Source of the DNA: a virus
Taxonomy: Duplodnaviria; Caudoviricetes
Length of the DNA stretch: 33,970 bases
Virus record (IMG/VR): IMGVR_UViG_3300032233_001729
Span: 1-33,970 of that record
Strand: one strand, 5' to 3'
The notes under the pieces: generated by a model
Databases searched by the model: none
What the model saw: only the letters and a program-made list of their open reading frames with translations
Told to the model about the DNA's origin: nothing
Program-made: the position numbers and the translations under genes
Shown: positions 6,617 through 15,400 of the stretch, piece after piece
Layout of the letters: the number at the start of each line of letters is the position of its first letter
Numbering within the stretch: position 1 is the stretch's first letter

Positions 6617-8434
6617 TTATGCTATGGTAGAAACACCTACCCATCTAGTTCCAATATAGAGTTCTAATCTCTTACTTGTAGTATTGTAAATTATAGCACC
6701 TTCTACCGTAGTAAGACCAACTCTGTCTGTTGATGAAACTTTAGGGGGAAGCATAAATCTTGCATTAGCAAAATCATCAGGTCCTGTTCCAGCATCAGAA
6801 AAATCTGCATAACATTTGGGATTTGTGGTTCCAATACCAATACCTTCAGCAACTGCAACTACTTGTGAGGCATCTAAACCAACTCCAGGTAAAAATGTAT
6901 TGGTTGCTATACCAATCCCACCACCAGTTATTAATACTTTAGTAGAACCTGAACCAACTTCTAAAGAATATGTTGAGGCAGCATCCCCAATACCAAGTTT
7001 TTGAATTGTGGCGGTAGTAATTCCAACTTGATTAAATGTAGAAGTGCCACTAGAAGTTACATCTCCAGTTAAGTTCCCAATAAAAGTTGATGATATTGTA
7101 GTAGGGCTAAAACTCCCAGCAACTGTTAAATTATTTCCAACATAAAGATTATTTCCAGCATAAATGTTAATCCCAGCATAAATGTTATTGGTAACAGTAG
7201 AAGTTCCTACAATATGCAATTGATTTATGGGTAATGTAATTCCGATTCCAAGCTTTCCATCATATGTAAAAGTCATCTTCGGAGTAGATGCTGATTGTCC
7301 ATAAAACCAATTAAATGAACCAGTTCCTACTCCAGCAGAACCAAGTTGCAGATAACTGTTAACATTTCCTATTCCATAATTAATAATATCCAATGAGTTT
7401 GCAGTACTATATGGATAAAGTCCACTTGTATTTCCAAATCTTAATTCACCATTATTTCCTGCACGTGTAACACTTCTTCCGATTGAAACATAAGTATCAA
7501 AATTTCCATCAGTAGTTAATTGTAAGGTAGCTCCATTTGTAGCATCACGAATATGAACATCTGCACTTGGAGAATTAGTTCCTACTCCAATTGATGCAGC
7601 ATTTAATCTTGTATAAACTGTTGAAATTCCAGTTGTTGAAATTCCACTATTTACATTAGTAACTGTAAGTGTAGTACCATTAATTGTGGTTGAAGTTAAG
7701 ATACCAGTAGAATAATAATTAGATGCTGTTATATTACTAACTGAAATGCTTGGAGTTCCACTCAAACCTTGTGCTGTAGATGCAGTTCCAGTTACGTTAC
7801 CAGTTACACTTCCAACAAAACCTCCAGTTGCAGTAACAATTCCAGAAACACTAATATTAGAAGGTAAAAATGAATTACCTAAAGTTCCGGCAATCACATT
7901 AGAGGCATTTAATGATGTAATTCCATATCCAGAACCAACAAAAGATCCGGCAGTAACAATTCCACTTGCTACAATATCACCAGTAGAATTAAATCCTATA
8001 CCATTTGCTGTAATTGGATTTCTACCAACTTGAAAAGTATAAACTGGATTTGTGGTTGCTACTCCAACATTACCAGCAGCATAGATGCTTGTTACTCCAA
8101 GACCTGGATTAACATCAATCCATTGTGATGTTGGTAAGTTAAGAAGATTTGCACCATCACCATAATAAACAACGGTAGTAACACCAGGATTTGTTGATGT
8201 TATAATTCCAACTCTTAATGTTGCAATGGTTCCAACACCAGTTACATTTATATTTGATGCAGAAATACTTGGTGATGTTACAAATCCAGAAACATTTATA
8301 TTTCCAACTACATCCAAAGCTTGTTTTGGAATGGTGCTTCCAATTCCAACCAAACCATTAGAATTTACTACAAAATTGTCATCATCAACTTGAACTCCAT
8401 TTCTGAAATTAAATGACTTATTGTAATTTGCCAT
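6617..8434 (-). CDS. Tail fibre-like virion protein
   Basis: 605 aa, G/S/T/V-rich, repeated GIGT..P and SGIVTA motifs; late promoter upstream. Confidence 0.8.
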   Translation of the reverse strand: MANYNKSFNFRNGVQVDDDNFVVNSNGLVGIGSTIPKQALDVVGNINVSGFVTSPSISASNINVTGVGTIATLRVGIITSTNPGVTTVVYYGDGANLLNLPTSQWIDVNPGLGVTSIYAAGNVGVATTNPVYTFQVGRNPITANGIGFNSTGDIVASGIVTAGSFVGSGYGITSLNASNVIAGTLGNSFLPSNISVSGIVTATGGFVGSVTGNVTGTASTAQGLSGTPSISVSNITASNYYSTGILTSTTINGTTLTVTNVNSGISTTGISTVYTRLNAASIGVGTNSPSADVHIRDATNGATLQLTTDGNFDTYVSIGRSVTRAGNNGELRFGNTSGLYPYSTANSLDIINYGIGNVNSYLQLGSAGVGTGSFNWFYGQSASTPKMTFTYDGKLGIGITLPINQLHIVGTSTVTNNIYAGINIYAGNNLYVGNNLTVAGSFSPTTISSTFIGNLTGDVTSSGTSTFNQVGITTATIQKLGIGDAASTYSLEVGSGSTKVLITGGGIGIATNTFLPGVGLDASQVVAVAEGIGIGTTNPKCYADFSDAGTGPDDFANARFMLPPKVSSTDRVGLTTVEGAIIYNTTSKRLELYIGTRWVGVSTIA

Positions 8435-8466
8435 CTTATGTGTACAATTGGACTTTTTCTTACTAT

Positions 8467-8473
8467 TATTTAT
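8467..8473 (-). promoter_or_regulatory. T4-type late promoter ATAAATA
   Basis: Intergenic, upstream of 8434. Confidence 0.7.
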
Positions 8474-8503
8474 TGTAAGAAAATATCATATAATGTAGTT
8501 GAG

Positions 8504-8509
8504 TAAATA
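8504..8509 (+). promoter_or_regulatory. T4-type late promoter TAAATA
   Basis: 16 nt upstream of the plus-strand ATG 8526. Confidence 0.6.
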
Positions 8510-8525
8510 GTAATAAGATTAAAAA

Positions 8526-9071
8526 ATGAACCAAATGAATCCCATTGTGATAGAAAATTTCATAGATGAACAAGATTTTTCTGATATTCTAAACATTCTG
8601 TATAATCATACTCACGAAGAAGAATTTCCTGGATGGAAATTGACTGGGTTTAGTGATGATAACAGTAAAAATAAAAAATTTTGGAATATACCACTCACAG
8701 AATACGAATATTTCAATAATTATCTATTTGAAAAAATAAAAAGTTCTATTAAAAAATTATTTAATGAAGATGTAATCCTAGACAGAATTTATTTTAATGG
8801 GGCAACCTTTGGACAACAGGGATATCTTCATCAAGATTATCATATACCAGAAGGAAGAACTTTATTAATTTATTGTAATCCAGAATGGAATGATGAATGG
8901 TCTGGTGGCACATTATTTGAAACTTCAAAGGGAACATTGACGGTATATCCACGTCCAGCCCGAGCAGTATATTTTCCGGGAATGATCCCACATTTTTCCC
9001 AATCACTTTCATCAGATTTTGGAGATCTTAGAGTTACTCTTGCTTATAAGTTACGTTCGTGCTCTTCTTAA
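8526..9071 (+). CDS. 2OG-Fe(II) oxygenase (prolyl-hydroxylase-like)
   Basis: HQD...W..EWSGGT...PH...RVTLAYK. Confidence 0.88.
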   Translation: MNQMNPIVIENFIDEQDFSDILNILYNHTHEEEFPGWKLTGFSDDNSKNKKFWNIPLTEYEYFNNYLFEKIKSSIKKLFNEDVILDRIYFNGATFGQQGYLHQDYHIPEGRTLLIYCNPEWNDEWSGGTLFETSKGTLTVYPRPARAVYFPGMIPHFSQSLSSDFGDLRVTLAYKLRSCSS

Positions 9072-9525
9072 CATCCAAAAATAAAAATCTCATAGGATTA
9101 TCAGAATAATTATAAGCTTCATGAGTATAATCCATTACTTCAAAAACTTGTGGTTCTCCCGCTTTCCAATGAACCCTTTCGCCATTCCAAATCATATAAC
9201 AATTATCTTTATCTGCAGTACTTAAAGGAATTTGAATTCTTTTATATTCTTCAACATATATGTTTAAATCTTTATGAGGTCCGTGCTCTGTTTGTGGTTG
9301 AAGAACTACACAACCACAAAATAAAATTTCTGGATTAGATAAAATATCATATACTTTACCATTAACAATAGATTTTCTAATTATTGGATCTCTGAAAGTT
9401 AATTTTAATGGGCAAAATAAAATGGGTTTATTTGGATGTCCAGCAGAACTTGGTTCCTTTTTCAAAAGAAATTTTTTGTCTTTAGACCAAGAATATAAGT
9501 AATCTATTTCTTCTTTTGTAATCAT
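9034..9525 (-). CDS. Aspartyl/asparaginyl beta-hydroxylase-like 2OG-Fe(II) oxygenase
   Basis: PHKD...RIQIPL...WKAGE..VF...HEAYN...RFLFLD. Confidence 0.8.
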   Translation of the reverse strand: MITKEEIDYLYSWSKDKKFLLKKEPSSAGHPNKPILFCPLKLTFRDPIIRKSIVNGKVYDILSNPEILFCGCVVLQPQTEHGPHKDLNIYVEEYKRIQIPLSTADKDNCYMIWNGERVHWKAGEPQVFEVMDYTHEAYNYSDNPMRFLFLDVKKSTNVTYKQE

Positions 9526-10025
9526 ATTTCAGAAAAAATACAAATTTCTGCACCATTTAGATCATCAATTACATATTCTTTATCCATCTCAAGTTTCATA
9601 TGATCATAACGTTTAAAAGATTTGCCTGAAATAATTGCCTTACCATTTAAACAAATTAGAAAATTTGTTTCTTTTTTCATGAATATTGATTTATCTTCAG
9701 GAGTAAGGAGTTTATATTCCCAACGAACATCTTTATCAAATATATTGAATCCAATTAGATGAAAATCATCCGTTGATTGAAAAACAACCTCATCATACAA
9801 ATAATCCTGAACATCTAAAACTTTCTTTTCACACATATCTAAGTAATTTGGATCAAATAACCTTCCAAATTTACCTGTACCATATACTAAGTAATAAAAT
9901 GCAGAAAATCTTTCATTAAAATGTTCTGCTAATACATATCCCTTTTCTCCAATATTTACGCACAATGTAAATCCATCATACTCTCTAAAGAATCTTTTAC
10001 ATGTTGGATTATCAAAATACTTCAT
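9522..10025 (-). CDS. Hypothetical protein, possibly cupin-like
   Basis: 167 aa; YYLVYGTG and LICLNGKA beta-strand/Gly patterns. Confidence 0.65.
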   Translation of the reverse strand: MKYFDNPTCKRFFREYDGFTLCVNIGEKGYVLAEHFNERFSAFYYLVYGTGKFGRLFDPNYLDMCEKKVLDVQDYLYDEVVFQSTDDFHLIGFNIFDKDVRWEYKLLTPEDKSIFMKKETNFLICLNGKAIISGKSFKRYDHMKLEMDKEYVIDDLNGAEICIFSEI

Positions 10026-10049
10026 ATTCGATTCAAATCTAAATTGTAT

Positions 10050-10757
10050 TTAGAGTTCTTTCCATAATGAGGGGTGAACTAATCCGGTTTCATAATCAAG
10101 AATTTCTTTTTTGAGAGTAAATTTGATATCACCAGCAATAGAGTACCTTTTTATAGGATTATCTGTCCGCTCAATTCCATGCTCTAGTGCTGATGGAAAG
10201 ATTAGTAAACTTCCTTCCTTTGGTTTAAATGGGTATGAATGTGAAGTGTGTGGGTTATTAAAATCCCCAATAAAATTCTTTTCAGAATCACTGGATATAA
10301 AAATTCCATTAAAGATTGCATTTTTATTTCTAAAATTTTGATTTAGAAATCTTACATTAGCACAATCTTCAGGAACATCCACGTAATAAACAAAGGACAA
10401 ATCTGCACCATCATGGTGATGAAATTCCATTCCATTTAAATCTGAAATTATAACGTACCAAGATTTTAAAACGTGATAAGATAATTTATCAGCAGCAAAT
10501 CCCAATTTTGTTAAGTATTCTGTGATATGAGATTTTAATTGTTTGAAAAAGATAGAAAAATCTTCATCGTTATGAAGATAAGATTTGCCAAGATATTCTC
10601 CATTTGATGTGGTAATTCCATCTAATCTATCTGCAATTTGAATATCAAACCCATACTCAGAAAACTTATTATGAAATAATTTCTTTATTTCCCCCTTATT
10701 TTCTAGGTTTGATTCGTATATTACGATTGGCGAAATTCCATGAAAAGTTGCAGTCAT
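10050..10757 (-). CDS. 2OG-Fe(II) oxygenase (TIGR02466-like)
   Basis: SW...HHHD..LSFVYY...PKEGSLLIFPS.LEH...RYSIA. Confidence 0.88.
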   Translation of the reverse strand: MTATFHGISPIVIYESNLENKGEIKKLFHNKFSEYGFDIQIADRLDGITTSNGEYLGKSYLHNDEDFSIFFKQLKSHITEYLTKLGFAADKLSYHVLKSWYVIISDLNGMEFHHHDGADLSFVYYVDVPEDCANVRFLNQNFRNKNAIFNGIFISSDSEKNFIGDFNNPHTSHSYPFKPKEGSLLIFPSALEHGIERTDNPIKRYSIAGDIKFTLKKEILDYETGLVHPSLWKEL

Positions 10758-11380
10758 TTGTCGCCCGAAAGATAAAGAAATTGTGATATAGAATATCTAC
10801 CATATCCTGTTAGATTATTATTTTCTTTTAATATTATTTTATCTACAGCATGTTTTACGAATGATGGAAATATAATCGCCATATTATTTTGTACTTCTAT
10901 TTTAACACCATAGTCGGTAAAATAAAAATTTCCACCAGAAAAAGATTTTGGTTCCTTAAAAAACCAAGTAACAGCAGTATATAATGCTTGATCTTTATGT
11001 GATTTATAATACTCACTATTCTCATAATAACTTAAAAGTGTTGCATCTTTATCTGTATCTTTGATATTCTCATATCCAAAAGATAACTCTGCAAATGCAT
11101 TTAATATTACGGGAGAAAATAATTGCTTAGTTATAGTTAAAATATTTGATATCTTTCGGGATGAATATAATTCATCTAAAAATAAACCTTTATTTTTTTT
11201 CAAAGGAACTTTAGTTTCTTCATCTACAGCAGTTCCTGTATTTTCTGGTATATCCAGTTTATCTGGATGAGTTAAAAAATCCAATTCTTTCCAGATTAAT
11301 ATTAAATCATCCTCAGTATATAAATTTTCTATTTGCAAAAATGGGAAAGGATTTTTAATTTGATGTATTTTTAAAGTCAT
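10754..11380 (-). CDS. 2OG-Fe(II) oxygenase (prolyl-4-hydroxylase-like)
   Basis: YYKSHKD...FSGGNF...IFPS..KHAV...GRYSISQF. Confidence 0.88.
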   Translation of the reverse strand: MTLKIHQIKNPFPFLQIENLYTEDDLILIWKELDFLTHPDKLDIPENTGTAVDEETKVPLKKNKGLFLDELYSSRKISNILTITKQLFSPVILNAFAELSFGYENIKDTDKDATLLSYYENSEYYKSHKDQALYTAVTWFFKEPKSFSGGNFYFTDYGVKIEVQNNMAIIFPSFVKHAVDKIILKENNNLTGYGRYSISQFLYLSGDK

Positions 11381-11441
11381 TAAAATTTAAATATCACTTT
11401 TAAAAATATATCTACTATTATATTACTAATCAATCAAATTG

Positions 11442-12482
11442 TCAATAAGTAGGTCCATTAACTACATCGCCATCAGTACCATTACCAACAAAGGAAATAA
11501 GACTTCCAGACGAATCTATAATAATTGCATATCCTTTATCTCCTGCTCCGCCGCCACCATCAGTATTAAATTGTTCACCACTAGTTTGTCCTCCAGCTTC
11601 TCCACCTCCTCCAGCACCACCTCTAGCATTTTGAACACAATTACCACCCTGAGAAAAGCTTCCCGCACCACCACCACCATTTCCAGTTAAACTGCCGCCA
11701 CCACCGTTTTGTCCAGTCTGTCCACCAACTGTAATAAAATTACCATTAACAGAACCACCATTTCCAGAAGGATATCCGGCACCACCACCTCCTCCACCAC
11801 CGCCTACACGAATATTATCTCTTCTTTGTCTACATCCCTTTTGTGTCTGTCCATGAGTATATCCACCAGCGCCACCGCCACCGCCTCCGCCACCTCTACC
11901 AGCAAAAATAGTTCCTTGGTTAATTACTGATGTTGGATATTGAATTCCTAATGCACTAGTTCCTTGTCCACCTGTCGTTCCACCTTGACCGTTAAATCCA
12001 CCATAACCACCATCGCCGCCAGCACCAGTAAGTCTTCCAGATGGTCCTATTACAACTGATACTTGTGCATCGCTACCCCAGTTACCAGTTTTAAGTGCTA
12101 CATAATTTCTATTTCCTTTTTCGGAACCAATAATCCTATTCACATTTATAATAACTTTTGTGTTAGCCCCACTAACTGGTGCTGATGAGTTAAATCCTCC
12201 TATAATAGTCCGTGATCCATTATTATATTGATCTAAGGCATTTACTCTAGTTGTATAATCTCCAATAGAATAAAAATCAACCACAACATTCAATCTTTTG
12301 GAATAAAAATCACTAAATTTTATTTGTCCAGATTGAGGAACTCCCGTGTCTAATGGAAGATTTGATAATGTTCCTACTGATTGGCTAATTCTATATGCAC
12401 CAATATTTCTTCCAGAAGGAAGTCCAAATTCTGCTGCAATCTCACTAAATTTTATTGGAGTTCCAGAAGCATGAATAGTCAT
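11442..12482 (-). CDS. Glycine-rich adhesin, T-even gp38-like
   Basis: Poly-Gly motifs (INQGTIFAGRGGGGGGGG, GGGGGGGAGYP) directly downstream of a long fibre with an S74 chaperone. Confidence 0.7.
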   Translation of the reverse strand: MTIHASGTPIKFSEIAAEFGLPSGRNIGAYRISQSVGTLSNLPLDTGVPQSGQIKFSDFYSKRLNVVVDFYSIGDYTTRVNALDQYNNGSRTIIGGFNSSAPVSGANTKVIINVNRIIGSEKGNRNYVALKTGNWGSDAQVSVVIGPSGRLTGAGGDGGYGGFNGQGGTTGGQGTSALGIQYPTSVINQGTIFAGRGGGGGGGGAGGYTHGQTQKGCRQRRDNIRVGGGGGGGGAGYPSGNGGSVNGNFITVGGQTGQNGGGGSLTGNGGGGAGSFSQGGNCVQNARGGAGGGGEAGGQTSGEQFNTDGGGGAGDKGYAIIIDSSGSLISFVGNGTDGDVVNGPTY

Positions 12483-12486
12483 CTAC

Positions 12487-15400
12487 TTAACCTCTTTTGA
12501 GTTCGTCGATTTCTGCTTTAAGTTCTTTAATTGCTTCAATTAAAAGTGGAACAAGTTGATCATACTTAACAGCAAGATAACCATTATCTCTGGTGGTGAC
12601 TGCTTCTGGAAGAACTTCTAGAATTTCTTGTGCAATCACACCCGCTTCAGTTCCTTCCTTACCAGACTTTTCATTCCAATCAAATGTATTACCACTGATT
12701 GAAAGAACTTTATCTAGAGCATTAGGAATTGGAGTAATATTATCCTTCAATCTTTGATCAGAGGTATAGAATGCCGTGATATCTCCAGATACATTCAAAG
12801 CACCGGCAATTTCTACCGAAGAATTATTTACATTAATAATTGTATTATAAGTTCCAGCACCATCTTTAATATTAAATCCAATTTGACCACTATTGGTAGT
12901 ATTCCAAATTCTAAAAATACCATCGGTTCCACCATTTACATAAATGTCTCCACCAGAAGTACTGCTGGTATTGGTGACATAAAGTGCCCCATTGGTTGTT
13001 ACATCTCCAGTAACATTTAATATATTAGAAAGTGTAGTAATACCAGTAACATTAAGAGTACCAGCAACAGTAGTATTACCTGAAGAAGTATCTACGGTAA
13101 ACTTATCAACAGCAGAGGCATTTTGAATCTTAAAGTATTCTGTTGCTGCAGTATTAGAACCAACTAAGGTAACATTATTATTAAATGTAGAAACTCCAGT
13201 AACACTTAAAGTAGAACTTAGTGTCGTAGCACTAGTAACAGCAAGAGTAGAACTTAGTGTCGTAGCACTAGTAACACCAAGAGTTCCACCAATAGATACA
13301 TTTGCACCAACATTCAGATTCTTAGCAATTCCAACTCCACCGCTAATAATTAGTGCTCCAGTTGTAGGAGAAGTGGAATTTGTAACATTTACAAAGTTAA
13401 CGATACCAACAATGTTACTAGAAGCATTAATTGTAACGAAGCCGTTAAAAGTAACTGGTCCATTAAATTGAGAAAGAAGATTATTAGAATTTCCTCCTTC
13501 TACAATCAATCTCTGCTTAACTGTAACTTCATCATAGATTACGCTTAAAGCGTTTGCAGATTCTCCTCTTACTGTTGGAACAGGAGCATCAAATACAACT
13601 TCACTTCCTGTTTTAGAACTTAATTTCTTATTACCAATATAGAAATCACCATTATTATTCATACCAGTATAAACTACAGTACCACAAGATTTTTGTTGTG
13701 ATTGTGCAAGATATGTTTCGGTATCGTTTAAGTTATTAATTTGTAATTGTGGAAGTGAAGTAGAATAGTTACCAGGACCGTATCCAAGATATTCAAATGT
13801 TTGGTTAGATGCACGAAGAATAGATGGTCTTCTGAATTCTATTGGAAGTGGATTAATCTTTCTGATTAAAGATCCAACATCATGAGCTTGTTTGGTTGTT
13901 CCAAGAGTACCACGAATGACTGTAAGTTCATCATTATTTGTTCCACCAAGAGAACTGCTTATAACTCTCAAGATTTCATTATCAATCTGAATATAGGTTC
14001 CTAATGGGAATCTTGCAGCAGTTGCAATTCCCGCACTGACTCGGATATGAGTATCATCTGTAAATGCAACTACAGTTAAACTATCATTTGCAAAGAATGC
14101 AATATCTCTAATACCAACATTTTCTCCAGTAACATCAGAGATTCCAGCATTTGCAGATAATCCGTGCTTCAGAATATATGCAGGAGAAGTTAATTGTTTT
14201 CCAGTATATGCTGTAAATGATGTGACTCCACTTCTTACATTTACAATATAATCTCCAAGATTATTATTACTACTATCAACAACTCTAAATTTATTTCCGG
14301 CTAATAATCCATGATAATTTGCAAAAGTGAATGTCGTAATTCCACTTGAAGAAGTATAACTTGCAGAACTAATTGGAATTGACTGTCCAGTTATGAAAAC
14401 ATACTGTGATGAAAGTAACGTAGGATCTCCTGTTGTTGTTGCAACAGAAACTTGTGTTGTTGAAAGAACTGATTGAATTCTAGTATACAAACTAGAAGTA
14501 GTTCCAGCTCCAGTAATTTGAACACTATTTCCAACTGCAGACGTAATACCAGAAGTTACAATATTAAATCTTGCATTTCCATTGCCTGTTCCAATTTTAG
14601 TTCTATCAAAGAGAAGGGCTTCTCCGTTTGAATATCCAGAACCACCAGAAATAATTTGTGCCCCAACAACGGCACCACCTGTTACAGTTACTTTTGCAGT
14701 AGCTCCCTTCCAAGTTCCAATAGTTGGATCTGAGCTAGTATTCAGTAGTTTTACATTATAATATGTACCACTAGTATAACTTGCACCAGCAGTCAAACTG
14801 CTATACGTTGCAATACCAGATAGTCCATGTGGACGATCAAAAGTAATGGTGCTAATTCCACCAGATGCAGCAGTAACTGAACTAATCTTAAGTCCCACTC
14901 CAAAATCTTTTACAAATTGATCAGAAGTTTCTCTTGTGATACTCTTTTGAACATCACTAGTTGCAACTTGTCCTACTGGAGATCTTAATGCAAAAGAAGA
15001 TGTAGAATATGGATTTTCTGAAAGATTATCTCTGTCCAATTGAGGATAGAGATTGACTACATTCTGACTATACTTTGTATCCGTAAACTGTACTGGAACT
15101 GCATTCTTTGCATTCAGAGCGTAAATATGATAAACGCCATCCTGTACACCATAAGAATAATTAGTAATTACTTCATTACGATAAATGTAGTAGTTTGATT
15201 GTAAATTATTTCTTTGGAATCTAGGCAATACCGTGGTGCGAGTATTTACATCATTTGTAAATGATCCTGGAGTATGAACTATTCCAGAAGTATCAGTGGT
15301 AGAATATGTAAATGTCTTATCATCAGTAGAAGAAATTGAAGCAACAGTAAACGTTCCATTATAAGAAGAATTTGCTACTCCTGTGGTATTATTAGTATCA

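Noticed and set aside
74-8033. Short plus-strand ORFs in the track
   Set aside because: Antisense to well-supported, tightly packed minus-strand genes, with no recognisable motifs
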